A DNA stretch of 64,000 bases from Bacteroidota bacterium. GTDB taxonomy: Bacteria; Bacteroidota; Bacteroidia; Chitinophagales; LD1. Positions 49,949 to 60,411 of this stretch are shown piece by piece (position 1 is the stretch's first letter; each line of letters starts with the position of its first letter). The notes beneath the pieces were generated by a model. That model had not been told where the DNA came from, did not search any database, and worked only from the letters and a program-made list of their open reading frames with translations. The stretch covers positions 7,533-71,532 of the forward strand of contig CANJRM010000004.1 in NCBI GenBank assembly GCA_947476645.1. Reading direction: 5' to 3'. A program made the position numbers and the translations under genes.

Positions 49949-51112
49949 ATGCTCCGCACTATCGAAGTTACCGGCAAAGAATCCGAAGAAAAATTTCTTC
50001 AGCTTCCCTATTCTATATATGAAGGCGATGTCAGCTGGATTGCTCCGCTTAAACAGGATATTCAAAAAGTTTTCGACCCCAAGAAGAACAAATACTTTTC
50101 GCATGGCGAATGCACTCGATGGATTTTAGAAGATGATGGCAAGACCATCGGTCGCATTGCCGCCTTCATTAATTACGATAACGCGCACAACGAAGAACAA
50201 CCCACCGGTGGCTGCGGATTTTTTGAATGCATCAACAATCAGCAAGCCGCCAATCTGCTTTTCGACACCGCAAAAAACTGGTTGCAGCAACGCGGCATGC
50301 AAGCCATGGATGGTCCCGTGAACTTTGGTGAGCGCAATGCGTGGTGGGGTTTGCTTGTGGAAGGATTTACGCCAGCCACTTATCAAATGAACTACAACCC
50401 GCCTTACTACATTCCGCTTTTCGAGGCTTATGGATTTAAAAATTATTTCGAGCAGTATTCTTACCGCATTGATTTAAATGAAAAACGACCCGAGCGTTAC
50501 CGCCCCATCTTCGAGCGCATGATTAAAGGCGGTGATTATACTTTCCGCCATATAGAAAAGAATAAGCTTCGAAAGTATGCCGAGGATTTTCGCAGCGTGT
50601 ATAACCGCACCTGGAAATTTCTGCCGAACTTTCACGAAATGAGTGAGGAGCAATCGCTTACTATGATGAACAGCATGAAACCCGTGTTGCTCGATTACCT
50701 ATGCTGGTTCGCGTATTACAAAGAGGAGCCCGTGGCTATTTTTATTATGCTGCCCGAGCTCAACGGCTGGTTTAAACACACGCGCGGCAATCTCAATCTT
50801 TGGGGCATGCTCAAATTTCTTTGGTATAAAACATTCGACAAAACCAATCGCAAAATATTCGGAATTATTTTTGGAGTGGTGCCCGAGCACCAGAAGAAAG
50901 GAGTGGAAGCCGCTATTGTAATGGCTGCCGATGAGGTGGTGATTCCTAAAAACCGTTGGGATGAAATTGAGCTGGTTTGGATTGGCGATTTTAATTTACC
51001 CATGATTAAAACCTGCGAAACCCTTGGCGCAAAACTGTTCAAGCGCCATATTACTTACCGCAAATTGTTTGATGAAAGCAAAGCGTTTAAAAGGCATCCG
51101 GCTATTGAGTAG
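49949..51112 (+). CDS. GNAT-fold protein (YghO-like)
   Basis: GRIAAF, GFFECIN, GLLVEGF, YNPPYY, GVVPEHQKKG, WIGDFN. Confidence 0.8.
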   Translation: MLRTIEVTGKESEEKFLQLPYSIYEGDVSWIAPLKQDIQKVFDPKKNKYFSHGECTRWILEDDGKTIGRIAAFINYDNAHNEEQPTGGCGFFECINNQQAANLLFDTAKNWLQQRGMQAMDGPVNFGERNAWWGLLVEGFTPATYQMNYNPPYYIPLFEAYGFKNYFEQYSYRIDLNEKRPERYRPIFERMIKGGDYTFRHIEKNKLRKYAEDFRSVYNRTWKFLPNFHEMSEEQSLTMMNSMKPVLLDYLCWFAYYKEEPVAIFIMLPELNGWFKHTRGNLNLWGMLKFLWYKTFDKTNRKIFGIIFGVVPEHQKKGVEAAIVMAADEVVIPKNRWDEIELVWIGDFNLPMIKTCETLGAKLFKRHITYRKLFDESKAFKRHPAIE

Positions 51113-51113
51113 T

Positions 51114-52928
51114 TTATCTAAACTGTCTGCAATCTTCTTCAAATGCTTTTTCAATTCCTTCCATAGTAGCAGGAACTACTTCAGAAAATTTCATTGTCGC
51201 ATCACCTGTTTTAGTGTAGTCCCAGTTTTTTTTCACGTAACCCTGCGCACCTCCGCGCGTTTTCAAGAACTCTGAAACGGGATATTGATGCACCATCATG
51301 TTGTTATGAATACTCCACGAGTAACGCAACAAACTATCGCTTGCCATAGGTTCGGGCAATAGATGTTTTTTATAATAGTTGTAAATCAACTTTACGTAAT
51401 GCAGATACGATTTATAAGCGACCAGACGTGCATGTTCCGCTGAATCTAATTTCAGATTTTCCGTTTCCTTTTGGATAGATAACATGGCGTTTATCAGTGA
51501 CTGATGTGTGCCTATAGAATCATCGTTCAAAATATTTTGCGCATGATGAATAACTGATGCCGCTTTGCCATAGCAAAAGTTGTAGTATTCATCAAGCATT
51601 TTCTTTTCATCGGTTGAAGTCCGCCATGATGTGCGCGCATACAAATACAAACCAATTCCCGTTGCACCGACACTGTAAGAACTTTCGAGCGTAATACCTT
51701 TTATGTTTTGCTCTTTCCAATAGCGAATCCGCTTTACAAATTCTTCCGCTTTCAAATTCCATTTCAATGGCTTGTCAATATTGTTGATAGGAAGACCGTA
51801 GTAATCGTAGATGAAAAGGTTGTTTGTTTTCTTCTTCCATGCTTCAATCATTTTTTCGGGAGTCATATCGTGTTGATATCCGTAAGGAATAATCTGCACA
51901 ATCACATTCTTCCCCAATTCAAAATGTGGAGGCTTAGCGTGCGTGTTGTAAGCATATAGATTAACGAAAGCAACAGGAGAAATTTTCTGAAATTCTTTTG
52001 CAACCAAATTGGCAAGAAAGAAAACACGGTCACTTACAGTTCCCATTTTCTTGCATTCATCACATTGGCAATCCCCCCCCCCATCCGATGGCTCTACCGA
52101 AATGCAATACAGCTCCTGATTAGGAAATGCCGTTATATACTTTTGCAATTGACTGAGCATATCTGCCACAAATAACTGTTGCATGCCTTCGTTGCTAATG
52201 CAAAACTTCACTGCAGTGTTTGGTTTCATTCTTGCTCCGTTAATTTGCGCCATGTATTCAGGATGCGCATTAAGCGCTTTAACATTGCGCCATAGAAACT
52301 CATTGCCCGCATGACCTTTCAGTTGATAGCCACCGCCCATTCGGTTTCGTGCCGCCCACTGAATCCAAGCATAGTCAACAACTCCTTTTTTATCAATGGT
52401 TGCATTGCGAGGTGTTCCAAACGTGCCGAAGAATGTGCGAAGCCCGAAATCAGGAGCAAATACGTTATCGAGTTTAATCCGCGCATCGCTTAGCTGAGGA
52501 ACTCTAGTCCACAATTCACCCGGATGATACCAGCGAAAGCCAAGTGTGTCAAGGTAGGAGTAGATTCCATTAATCAATCCTTGCCTTGTGTAAGAAATAA
52601 TTTTGAGAAAAGTTTTTCCGTCCGATTGAAGTAAAACGTTATCGGCATTCAAAGGGTCAAGGCGCTTATCAAAATTTTTATCTACAGCAGCATCTAACTT
52701 CACCAAAATAATTCCCGTTGTGCTGTTGCTGTCTTTGATGTTGATGGTAAAGTTTTGATTGGTGGCTTTGCTTAGTTGTAGTTGCAAATCATTCGTTGCA
52801 TCCTTAATCAGTTTGTAAGTTTTCGGATGGAGAGTAATCTTTGCACCATAAAACTGCTGAGAGAAACCACAATGGCCAAGCATCACCAAAAGAAAGAGAC
52901 ACGAAAAATATTTATTAAAAATTTTCAT
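51114..52928 (-). CDS. DUF4838 domain exported protein
   Basis: Signal peptide; LGFRWYHPG, HPEYMA, KFCISN, EPSDGGGDCQCDEC, LYAYNTH. Confidence 0.75.
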   Translation of the reverse strand: MKIFNKYFSCLFLLVMLGHCGFSQQFYGAKITLHPKTYKLIKDATNDLQLQLSKATNQNFTINIKDSNSTTGIILVKLDAAVDKNFDKRLDPLNADNVLLQSDGKTFLKIISYTRQGLINGIYSYLDTLGFRWYHPGELWTRVPQLSDARIKLDNVFAPDFGLRTFFGTFGTPRNATIDKKGVVDYAWIQWAARNRMGGGYQLKGHAGNEFLWRNVKALNAHPEYMAQINGARMKPNTAVKFCISNEGMQQLFVADMLSQLQKYITAFPNQELYCISVEPSDGGGDCQCDECKKMGTVSDRVFFLANLVAKEFQKISPVAFVNLYAYNTHAKPPHFELGKNVIVQIIPYGYQHDMTPEKMIEAWKKKTNNLFIYDYYGLPINNIDKPLKWNLKAEEFVKRIRYWKEQNIKGITLESSYSVGATGIGLYLYARTSWRTSTDEKKMLDEYYNFCYGKAASVIHHAQNILNDDSIGTHQSLINAMLSIQKETENLKLDSAEHARLVAYKSYLHYVKLIYNYYKKHLLPEPMASDSLLRYSWSIHNNMMVHQYPVSEFLKTRGGAQGYVKKNWDYTKTGDATMKFSEVVPATMEGIEKAFEEDCRQFR

Positions 52929-52939
52929 GAGGAAAAATA

Positions 52940-55354
52940 TTACTGCTTGGTTAGTTTAAAAAGCCGTGTGCTGCCATCTTCAAAAAAAAGTTCAGCAAAA
53001 TAAATTCCTGTTTTCAAATTGCACGTTGATATTTTTGTTCTTGTGCCAATCAATTTTCTGCTTGCTATTTTTCTTCCGGTTACATCTTTCAATTCAAAAA
53101 CCGCTTCTGCTTCTAAATCAACCATTTCAATTTCGAAAAAATCGTTGAACGGATTCGGATAAATCTTCACTTCGTTGAATACAGCATTTCCAATTCCGGA
53201 AATAAGAGGAAGAAACGTTATTGTATCCAATGAAATAATGGAACAACCAATAGAATCAGTAATAGTGAGCGAGATAATATAAGTGCTGGCACTATCGTAG
53301 GTATGCGATGGTGTTTTGAAATTCGAAATTGAATCATCACCAAAATCCCAGTGGTAATTTGTGGCATTAATATTTACAGGAAAAAATGAAAAGCTGTAAA
53401 CAGAATCCTGAACAGTTGTGAAAGAGGCATTCGGTTCGCTTACATAAACGGTTATATCATCAGTTGCCGAACAACCGTAATCATCTTCTACACTTAAAGA
53501 ATAAGTATTGGTTTGCGCAATAGAAATAATTGTTGAGGTATCACCACTACTCCAGGTATAGTGATATTGATTTCCGATGTTTACTTCTATCATTTCATTT
53601 TTACAAATGGTTGTATCGCTCAAACTAAGTGTAGGAATAACTTCACCTGTTGGGAAAATATTCGCATCCATCCATGCCAAACGTGCAGCAACAAAATTTT
53701 TCAAATCAGTTACTGCATCACTATAGTTTGCCACTCCTCCCCATAATTGATAATTTCTTGCAGCAGATTCCTGCAACAATGCAGCGGTAGAATCAATAAG
53801 CATATTGAACGAATCATCACTCAACACATTCATTCGAAGTTCTGTCCATCGGCAATACAATTTTTTCAGGTAAACAGAATCGCTATTCATTTTGCTCCAC
53901 CAAAACGGAAATGGCCAATACGGATGCGTGATTTCCCAAACCCAGCCATTCTCTGTGCCTGTGTGGTATGCGCGGTCATAATCCCATGGCGGACCAATGT
54001 GTAGTTTGCCGCCCTTCTCTTTATACATATATGTGCTGCGTCCGTAGCTATCGTAGTTGGCACTGAACTCATCAATGATTTGAAAATTAATAAACGATTT
54101 TTCAGAAGCTAAATTTCTCCAAGTGTTCGGGTCGAGTGAATCATTTTGTAATGCTAATTCAAAACTGTCTACATAATTTTTAATGTAATTGTGTTGCTGC
54201 GGCTGGATTTCATCTTGCTTCGGATAAACTTCTTTAAACTCTACATTGAAAGTACAAGTGGCATTGTTGATTGGCGCATAGGCAGAAGTCCAAGCCGGTG
54301 GGTCGCCATTAATATTCATTTCAATAATGTAGCCGCCTGTTAAGTGAAGACCATCTGTATCCTGCGGATTTAATTTTGCAATGTCAACTCTATTGTCATC
54401 GCGCTTTACTTTTTCGGTGAGCGAATATACGCCAACATATTCTCCGTCCACCGTTACCTCGCAATAATTTGTTCGCGGTGCATACACACCCATGCGTCTG
54501 CTCATTTCATACGTCAGCGAGTTTGCCATTAAACTCGGGTCTGTATATTCTCCTTTCAAAATCCAATCATGTTCAGTTGGCATTCCTAAAAGAGACGTAT
54601 CTAATTTACTGCTGTCGGCATTTATGGTATAGAAGTCGTAATTTTTTTTCGGATACGATGGACCTGAGTATCCTTGCAACTCGGTCATTATTTTTCCAAC
54701 GAAAGCATAGTTGGTATCTGTTACAAAATTTCGAACACCTGTACCGTTATCAATAACTGCAAAGTCAGCTTCAATCTTCGGGTCGTTGAGAATTACATTG
54801 CCATGCGCATTTATTTTTATGATTGGGAGATTGGAAGAAAAAGGCGGAAACGGATGCACCGGTTGATTGCCAAACGTAAGTCCCCAGCCAATTAAAAAAC
54901 CTTGGTCGGCAAAAGGATAAGTGTCGTGTAAAACCAATGTCCAGTTACCATTTGGATTTTGCCCGTTGTTGAAAATTCCCAAATCGCCCATTGCGCGATA
55001 CGCACTATTGAAGGGAGCAGTTCCGGAAGAAATAGGAAATGGCGAAACTCCGTTGAAGCAAGTAACATTAAAATTATCGCCATCGCCACCTACATGCGTG
55101 AAGAGTAAAACAATACTTCCGTCAGGCGATTTCAGTTTCACTTCCATATCATCATCCCAGGTGTGATTGAGAATAATGCAAACACCTTCTAAACCAAAAG
55201 TAGTATCAATAGTGTTTTGCAAACCACTCACCGGTACATCATACATCACCGTAGAGCCGTCATCAGGAACAGTTTGGTTGAAGGTTTGAGAAAAAGTTTG
55301 CGCTTTTGTAAGAAGAGTTGTGAGTGCAAAAACAAAAACGAAAAAATGTTTCAT
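52940..55354 (-). CDS. T9SS-secreted CotH-kinase-family protein with P-domain and PKD
   Basis: HTWDDD...LKSPDG (proprotein convertase P-domain), YPKKNY, YVGVYSLTEKVK, GPPWDYD, WDFGD, IYPNP CTD. Confidence 0.85.
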   Translation of the reverse strand: MKHFFVFVFALTTLLTKAQTFSQTFNQTVPDDGSTVMYDVPVSGLQNTIDTTFGLEGVCIILNHTWDDDMEVKLKSPDGSIVLLFTHVGGDGDNFNVTCFNGVSPFPISSGTAPFNSAYRAMGDLGIFNNGQNPNGNWTLVLHDTYPFADQGFLIGWGLTFGNQPVHPFPPFSSNLPIIKINAHGNVILNDPKIEADFAVIDNGTGVRNFVTDTNYAFVGKIMTELQGYSGPSYPKKNYDFYTINADSSKLDTSLLGMPTEHDWILKGEYTDPSLMANSLTYEMSRRMGVYAPRTNYCEVTVDGEYVGVYSLTEKVKRDDNRVDIAKLNPQDTDGLHLTGGYIIEMNINGDPPAWTSAYAPINNATCTFNVEFKEVYPKQDEIQPQQHNYIKNYVDSFELALQNDSLDPNTWRNLASEKSFINFQIIDEFSANYDSYGRSTYMYKEKGGKLHIGPPWDYDRAYHTGTENGWVWEITHPYWPFPFWWSKMNSDSVYLKKLYCRWTELRMNVLSDDSFNMLIDSTAALLQESAARNYQLWGGVANYSDAVTDLKNFVAARLAWMDANIFPTGEVIPTLSLSDTTICKNEMIEVNIGNQYHYTWSSGDTSTIISIAQTNTYSLSVEDDYGCSATDDITVYVSEPNASFTTVQDSVYSFSFFPVNINATNYHWDFGDDSISNFKTPSHTYDSASTYIISLTITDSIGCSIISLDTITFLPLISGIGNAVFNEVKIYPNPFNDFFEIEMVDLEAEAVFELKDVTGRKIASRKLIGTRTKISTCNLKTGIYFAELFFEDGSTRLFKLTKQ

Positions 55355-55401
55355 TGAATCTGTTGAACTTCGAATTTAGTATTATCTCTTATTTTGCCCT
55401 C

Positions 55402-57861
55402 GTGAGTTCACAAGTTACTTACGTTGATGTTATTCTTCCTCTCGCTTTGCCGCAGGCATATACTTATGCCGTGAGTATAGATTTAGTGCCGTTTGTAAAA
55501 GTAGGTCAGCGGGTTATTGTGCAGTTTGGCAAGAACAGATTTTATTCTGCTATTGTAAAAACTATTCATCATCAGAAACCTACAGTTGAAGCAAAATTGA
55601 TTGAAACCATTGCCGAGGAAGAACCGATTGTGACCGAAACGCAATTGAAGTTCTGGAAGTGGATGAGTGAATACTATATGTGCACCGAAGGCGAAGTGAT
55701 GAATGCGGCTCTTCCATCAGGATTGAAACTTTCGAGTGAAACAAAGATTCGCTACAACGAAAGTTACGATGGAGATTTTGAAACGCTGAATGAAGATGAG
55801 TTCTTGATTGTGCAGGCATTGCGAGCGCAACAAGAAATAAAGATTCCTCAGGTGCAGGATTTGCTGAAGAAGCGCAATGTGTATCCTTTGCTTAAAACCC
55901 TTTTCAATTTGGGTATTGCTATTTCATCGGAAGAAATTCTGGAGAAGTTTAAGCCGCGAACAGAAACTTACATCAAACTCAATGATAAGTATGAAGACCA
56001 AGCTGAGTTAGAAAAGATTTACGCTGAACTCGGTCGCGCACCAAAGCAAGTAGAGTTGCTTCTTGCGTTTTCGCAATTAGAAAGGAAAGCAAAGTTTATT
56101 CGCAAGAACGAATTGCTTGAGCTTTCAAAAAGCACGGCTGCTGTTCTGACTGCTTTGGTAAAGCGAAATGTTTTCATTGAATTCAAAATGGAAGTTTCGC
56201 GTCTCGGCAATTTGCAAACTGCCGAAGTTGATTCTCCCGATTTGAGTGAAGAGCAGAAAACGGCACTTGCACAAATCAATCATCATTTCGAAACAAAGAA
56301 TGTGGTGCTGCTTTACGGAGTTACCGGAAGCGGCAAGACCAACATCTACATCGAAAAGATAAAGGAAGTAATTGCTGAAGGCAAACAGGTGCTGTATCTT
56401 CTTCCTGAAATTGCACTGACCGCACAAATCATTAACCGCCTTCGAAAGATATTCAATACGCAGGTGGGCGTATACCACAGCAAGTTCAACCAGAACGAGC
56501 GCGTGGAAATATGGAACAAGATTCTGCATGGCGAATACAAAATTCTGATTGGTGCGCGCAGCGGTTTGTTTCTGCCGTTCAAAGATTTGGGATTAGTAAT
56601 TGTAGATGAAGAGCACGATAACTCGATGAAGCAAGCAGACCCTGCTCCGCGTTACAACGGGCGCGATGCTTCGATTGTGCTGGCTACTATGTTCAATGCG
56701 AAAGTTATTCTTGGCACAGCAACACCATCGGTGGAAACATTTTACAATACTGAAAAAGAAAAATTCGGATTGGTGACGTTGAATAAGCGATACGGAGGCA
56801 TGGAGATGCCCGAGTTTGTGATTGGCAATATTAAAGATGACACAAAGTGGAAGCGCATGCAGGGAAGTTTTACGCAGTCGCTGGTGAATGATGTGAGTCT
56901 TGCTTTGAAGAATAAAGAGCAGGTGATTTTGTTTTTGAACCGCAGAGGTTTTGCCAACTATCAGGTTTGCAAAACCTGTAACTACGTTTACAAATGCAAG
57001 AACTGCGATGTGAGTTTAACCTATCACAAGTTTTCGCATCAACTCAAATGCCACTACTGCGGCTACTTTGAAAAGATGGCGGACAAATGCAAGAGCTGTG
57101 GCGCGATTGATTTAGATATTGTCGGCATGGGTACCGAAAAGATTGAAGACGAAATTGCGGAACTGTTTCCATCGGCAAAGGTGAGCCGATTGGATTATGA
57201 TGCGATGAAAACTAAGCATGGTCACGCTAAAGTGATTGCAGAATTTGAAAACCGTGAGGTAGATATTTTGGTGGGAACGCAAATGGTTACCAAGGGTTTG
57301 GACTTCGACCATGTGAGTTTAGTTGGCATTATCAATGCCGACCAGTTGATTCACCATCCCGGTTACCGTTCGCACGAGCGTGCGTTTCAATTAATGATGC
57401 AGGTGGCAGGACGTGCCGGTAGAAAACATAAGAAAGGGAGAGTGATGATTCAAACTTCTGACCCCGGACATCCTGTTATTCAGAATGTGCTCAACAGCGA
57501 TTTTAAGAAGATGTATGAAACTGAAATTCTTTCGCGAAGACAGTTTCAGTATCCGCCTTTTATGCGCATGATTGAAATAACAATTAAGCATAAGCAGGTG
57601 CAAACGATTGAGCAGGCGGCTTTGTATTTAGCTAACGAGTTACGCAAAACAAACCTGCCTGACCGGCAGGCAGGTACAGCAAAAGTGCTTGGACCTGTTA
57701 TTCCTTATGTTTCAAAAATCAATAACTACTATATCCGCCAGATATTGTTGAAGAGCAATCAGCAGGCGCAAATGAAACATGCGCTGCAAACTGTTTTAGA
57801 TAAAATGAAAACAATTCAGGGTTTGAAGGCTGTTGAGGTGAAGGTGGATGTAGACCCGTGA
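55402..57861 (+). CDS. priA: Primosomal protein N'
   Basis: GVTGSGKT, LLPEIALT, DEEHD, LNRRG, four CxxC pairs, GTQMVTKGLDF, QVAGRAGR, DVDP end; GTG start inferred. Confidence 0.97.
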   Translation: MSSQVTYVDVILPLALPQAYTYAVSIDLVPFVKVGQRVIVQFGKNRFYSAIVKTIHHQKPTVEAKLIETIAEEEPIVTETQLKFWKWMSEYYMCTEGEVMNAALPSGLKLSSETKIRYNESYDGDFETLNEDEFLIVQALRAQQEIKIPQVQDLLKKRNVYPLLKTLFNLGIAISSEEILEKFKPRTETYIKLNDKYEDQAELEKIYAELGRAPKQVELLLAFSQLERKAKFIRKNELLELSKSTAAVLTALVKRNVFIEFKMEVSRLGNLQTAEVDSPDLSEEQKTALAQINHHFETKNVVLLYGVTGSGKTNIYIEKIKEVIAEGKQVLYLLPEIALTAQIINRLRKIFNTQVGVYHSKFNQNERVEIWNKILHGEYKILIGARSGLFLPFKDLGLVIVDEEHDNSMKQADPAPRYNGRDASIVLATMFNAKVILGTATPSVETFYNTEKEKFGLVTLNKRYGGMEMPEFVIGNIKDDTKWKRMQGSFTQSLVNDVSLALKNKEQVILFLNRRGFANYQVCKTCNYVYKCKNCDVSLTYHKFSHQLKCHYCGYFEKMADKCKSCGAIDLDIVGMGTEKIEDEIAELFPSAKVSRLDYDAMKTKHGHAKVIAEFENREVDILVGTQMVTKGLDFDHVSLVGIINADQLIHHPGYRSHERAFQLMMQVAGRAGRKHKKGRVMIQTSDPGHPVIQNVLNSDFKKMYETEILSRRQFQYPPFMRMIEITIKHKQVQTIEQAALYLANELRKTNLPDRQAGTAKVLGPVIPYVSKINNYYIRQILLKSNQQAQMKHALQTVLDKMKTIQGLKAVEVKVDVDP
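57653..57675. repeat. GC-rich palindrome inside priA
   Basis: ACCTGCCTG-ACCGG-CAGGCAGGT, read in frame as NLPDRQAG. Confidence 0.75.
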
Positions 57862-57862
57862 G

Positions 57863-57897
57863 AGGAATGCGGAATGTTGAATTTAGAATGCGGAATT
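57863..57897. repeat. 7-bp-period GAAT tract between convergent genes
   Basis: GAAT at 57865, 57872, 57879, 57886, 57893; shares CGGAATGTTGAATT with 5732. Confidence 0.8.
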
Positions 57898-57915
57898 AAA
57901 CTGCAATAACAAAAA

Positions 57916-59622
57916 TTACTTCACCAGCATCAACTTACCGCGCAGGCTTTGCTCTTCGGTTTTAAGTTCGTAGAAATATTGACCGGCACTTAAATTCTTG
58001 CCGTCAAAAACATAAATCTGACGGCCGGTTTTTGTGTTGTCGTAATCGTTGGAGGCCACTTTCTTTCCGCTCATATCATACACATCTAAATGAACTTCTT
58101 CGTTGGTGTTTAGTGCAAATGAAATTTCGGTTTGGTCGGTAAAAGGATTAGGAGCCACCTTTACTTTATTGGCAAGCGGTTCTGTTTTTTTAATGTCGTT
58201 CCATTGTTGTTTTACAATGGTAAAGCTGTCTCTTATTTCGCCATTTGAAGTAAGATAACGACCATCTAATCTATCGCCATTTACATCCCAAATAAATGAG
58301 CCGTAGCAGGTATCGCAGGCTTCGCCCCAGTAAATTGCAGGATGCGTGATTGGGCTGTACGTATTTCCTTCGCTTGAGTTTCCTGCAATTACATAAACAG
58401 TTCCCACACCATTCATAGGGCCATTGGTGTATTTTACATAAGGACCTTGTTCGGCTTCTCTTCCGCTGGTGCCGTTAATCATCATAGTAGTAGAATCAAA
58501 ATCGGGTTTGCCACCATAATGACCGTTGATTAAATAAGTGCGCTGATAATTATGGTCGTGACCCACAAGCACTAAATCAACTCCGTATTGTTCAAGAATA
58601 GGATTGAAGTGATGGCGTGTTGCGGTGCAAAAAATCTGCACACTGTTTTCTTCGGTAAAATTATCCTGACCGCTGTAAGGTGTTTGATGCCAGATAACCA
58701 CTTTCCATTTTTTTGTAGTGGCAGCTAAATCTGCTTTGAGCCAATCAAGCATAGGAGAGGTGAAGGTTTGACTCGTGTTTAAAACGCCTGTCCAGTTGTA
58801 AGAAGAAGTATATGAACCGAGTTCAGAATTCATAGATACAATGTGCACATCGCCATAATCCATGCTATAAAAAATCTTTCTGCCCGAAGCCACACCGCCT
58901 AACTCGCCTTGTGTGGGCGGGTCAATAATATTTAAGTAAGGGCCGGTATGTGTGTTAGGGTCTTGTCCGCAAAGCACCGGAATGCCTTGCGCATTTTGCC
59001 ATGGACAAATGCTGTTGTAATCGTGATTGCCGGAAGTGGTTATGAAAGGAAGATTGAGAAACACATTGCCAAAACAATTTACAGTATCAAAAACTTTGTT
59101 TTGAAATTCTAAATCTGTTCCATCGCTGTAAGCGTTGTCGCCTACCCAAATTTGTGCATCGGCAGGATGTCCGCTGTTGACTGCATATTGCAAATATGAA
59201 TCGCGCACTTTGCGTTCAGCATCGTTACCGTGTCCAAAATCGCCAATGGTCCAAAAGCGAACAGGTGAATGCGATGAAGCATCGGGGGCGGTATTGAAAA
59301 ACAAAGCGGCATCGTTTCCACGCAAGGTGTTTGACGTGGTGCCCACACTGTAATAGTATTTGGTGAGTGGTGTAAGCCCGTTAATTTTCACTCGGTGTTC
59401 TGTTGTAGCTGTCGCACTATCAGCAAACAAGGTTTGTGAGCCAATACTTGTTCCATAGTAAACGCGGCTATCGGTTGGTGTATCGGTTCTCCAGCGAATA
59501 ATAATGCTGTTAGGCCCGGGGCTTTGCAAATAAGGCCCGCGTAAAATTGATTGAGCGGTTAAAGAAGTTACAGAAGAAAAAAAGAAGATGATGAAAAGGA
59601 GAGTAGTGTAAAGTTTTTTCAT
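57916..59622 (-). CDS. T9SS-secreted purple-acid-phosphatase-like metallophosphoesterase
   Basis: RGPYLQ FN3-like domain, GDFG, GDNAY, GNHD, GHDHNY; APNP CTD. Confidence 0.9.
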   Translation of the reverse strand: MKKLYTTLLFIIFFFSSVTSLTAQSILRGPYLQSPGPNSIIIRWRTDTPTDSRVYYGTSIGSQTLFADSATATTEHRVKINGLTPLTKYYYSVGTTSNTLRGNDAALFFNTAPDASSHSPVRFWTIGDFGHGNDAERKVRDSYLQYAVNSGHPADAQIWVGDNAYSDGTDLEFQNKVFDTVNCFGNVFLNLPFITTSGNHDYNSICPWQNAQGIPVLCGQDPNTHTGPYLNIIDPPTQGELGGVASGRKIFYSMDYGDVHIVSMNSELGSYTSSYNWTGVLNTSQTFTSPMLDWLKADLAATTKKWKVVIWHQTPYSGQDNFTEENSVQIFCTATRHHFNPILEQYGVDLVLVGHDHNYQRTYLINGHYGGKPDFDSTTMMINGTSGREAEQGPYVKYTNGPMNGVGTVYVIAGNSSEGNTYSPITHPAIYWGEACDTCYGSFIWDVNGDRLDGRYLTSNGEIRDSFTIVKQQWNDIKKTEPLANKVKVAPNPFTDQTEISFALNTNEEVHLDVYDMSGKKVASNDYDNTKTGRQIYVFDGKNLSAGQYFYELKTEEQSLRGKLMLVK

Positions 59623-59659
59623 GGCAGAAATATTTTTCTATTGTAAACGTAGAAAGAAA

Positions 59660-59953
59660 TTTGGAAAAACGGGAACTACGAGCAGTAAACGTATACTCGA
59701 AGACAACCGCCTTACTATTTACCCTAACCCAAACAACCAAAACTTTACTATAGTAGTGCCTGAAGCACTGGCACAGGGTAATACGGCACACTTAAGTATT
59801 TTTGATAACAGCGGCCGCGTAATAAAAGATGAAGAAACCGACATAAACGGCAACCGCGTAAACGCCAACATAGGCACTGTGCAAAAAGGTTTTTATACGG
59901 TAATACTCAGCAATGGGCATAGGAAGTTTACAGGCAGAGTGATGGTGGAATAA
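59660..59953 (+). pseudogene. Orphan T9SS type A C-terminal sorting domain (probable truncated gene)
   Basis: LTIYPNP...LSIFDNSGRVI...KGFYTVIL...RVMVE with no signal peptide or cargo; left boundary approximate. Confidence 0.6.
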
Positions 59954-60002
59954 CCCCCAAACCCCTTCCCGCTTAAAACGGGATGAAACAAAAGGGGGCT
60001 TT
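59954..60002. repeat. REP-like element CCCCCAAACCCC...AAGGGGGCTT
   Basis: Nested inverted repeats CCCCTT/AAGGGG and TCCCG/CGGGA. Confidence 0.5.
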
Positions 60003-60023
60003 AACAGCCAAAGGCAGAAATAC

Positions 60024-60058
60024 AAAAACAGAAAGCGGCACTGCCGCTTTCTGTTTTT
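60024..60058. terminator. Perfect 17-bp-arm hairpin terminator
   Basis: AAAAACAGAAAGCGGCA-C-TGCCGCTTTCTGTTTTT. Confidence 0.8.
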
Positions 60059-60411
60059 AGATTTGAAATGATTATAGAAACAAATAATAGAAATGAAGGG
60101 CGGCTGTTTATAAACGTGCAGGATGTAACTGTTGAAAGTGATGGTGATGCTGAAATTTAAAGAAGAGTTAAAATTTTTTGGAGCGCACACAATATTTTTG
60201 GGGGTATGAGCGTTTGGAAAAAAGAGAGGGGGAGATGAAGGCGGAAGCAAACAAAAAGAAGAAAGTAGAATTGAGGATTTAGAATTGAGAATCGGAAACA
60301 AAAAAAGTCGGAAGACCCAAGACGGAAGTAAAACAGAAATCAATTAATCTAAAACAAAAGAATAAGCAGATGTAAGACTTCGACATTTTTCATAACCTAA
60401 AAACAATTATC

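Noticed and set aside
52940-55354. Sporulation gene (CotH)
   Set aside because: CotH-like kinases are common secreted proteins in non-sporulating Bacteroidota
59792-60343. 183-aa minus-strand ORF
   Set aside because: Low-complexity F/L/S shadow of a purine-rich strand that crosses a terminator and a REP-like element
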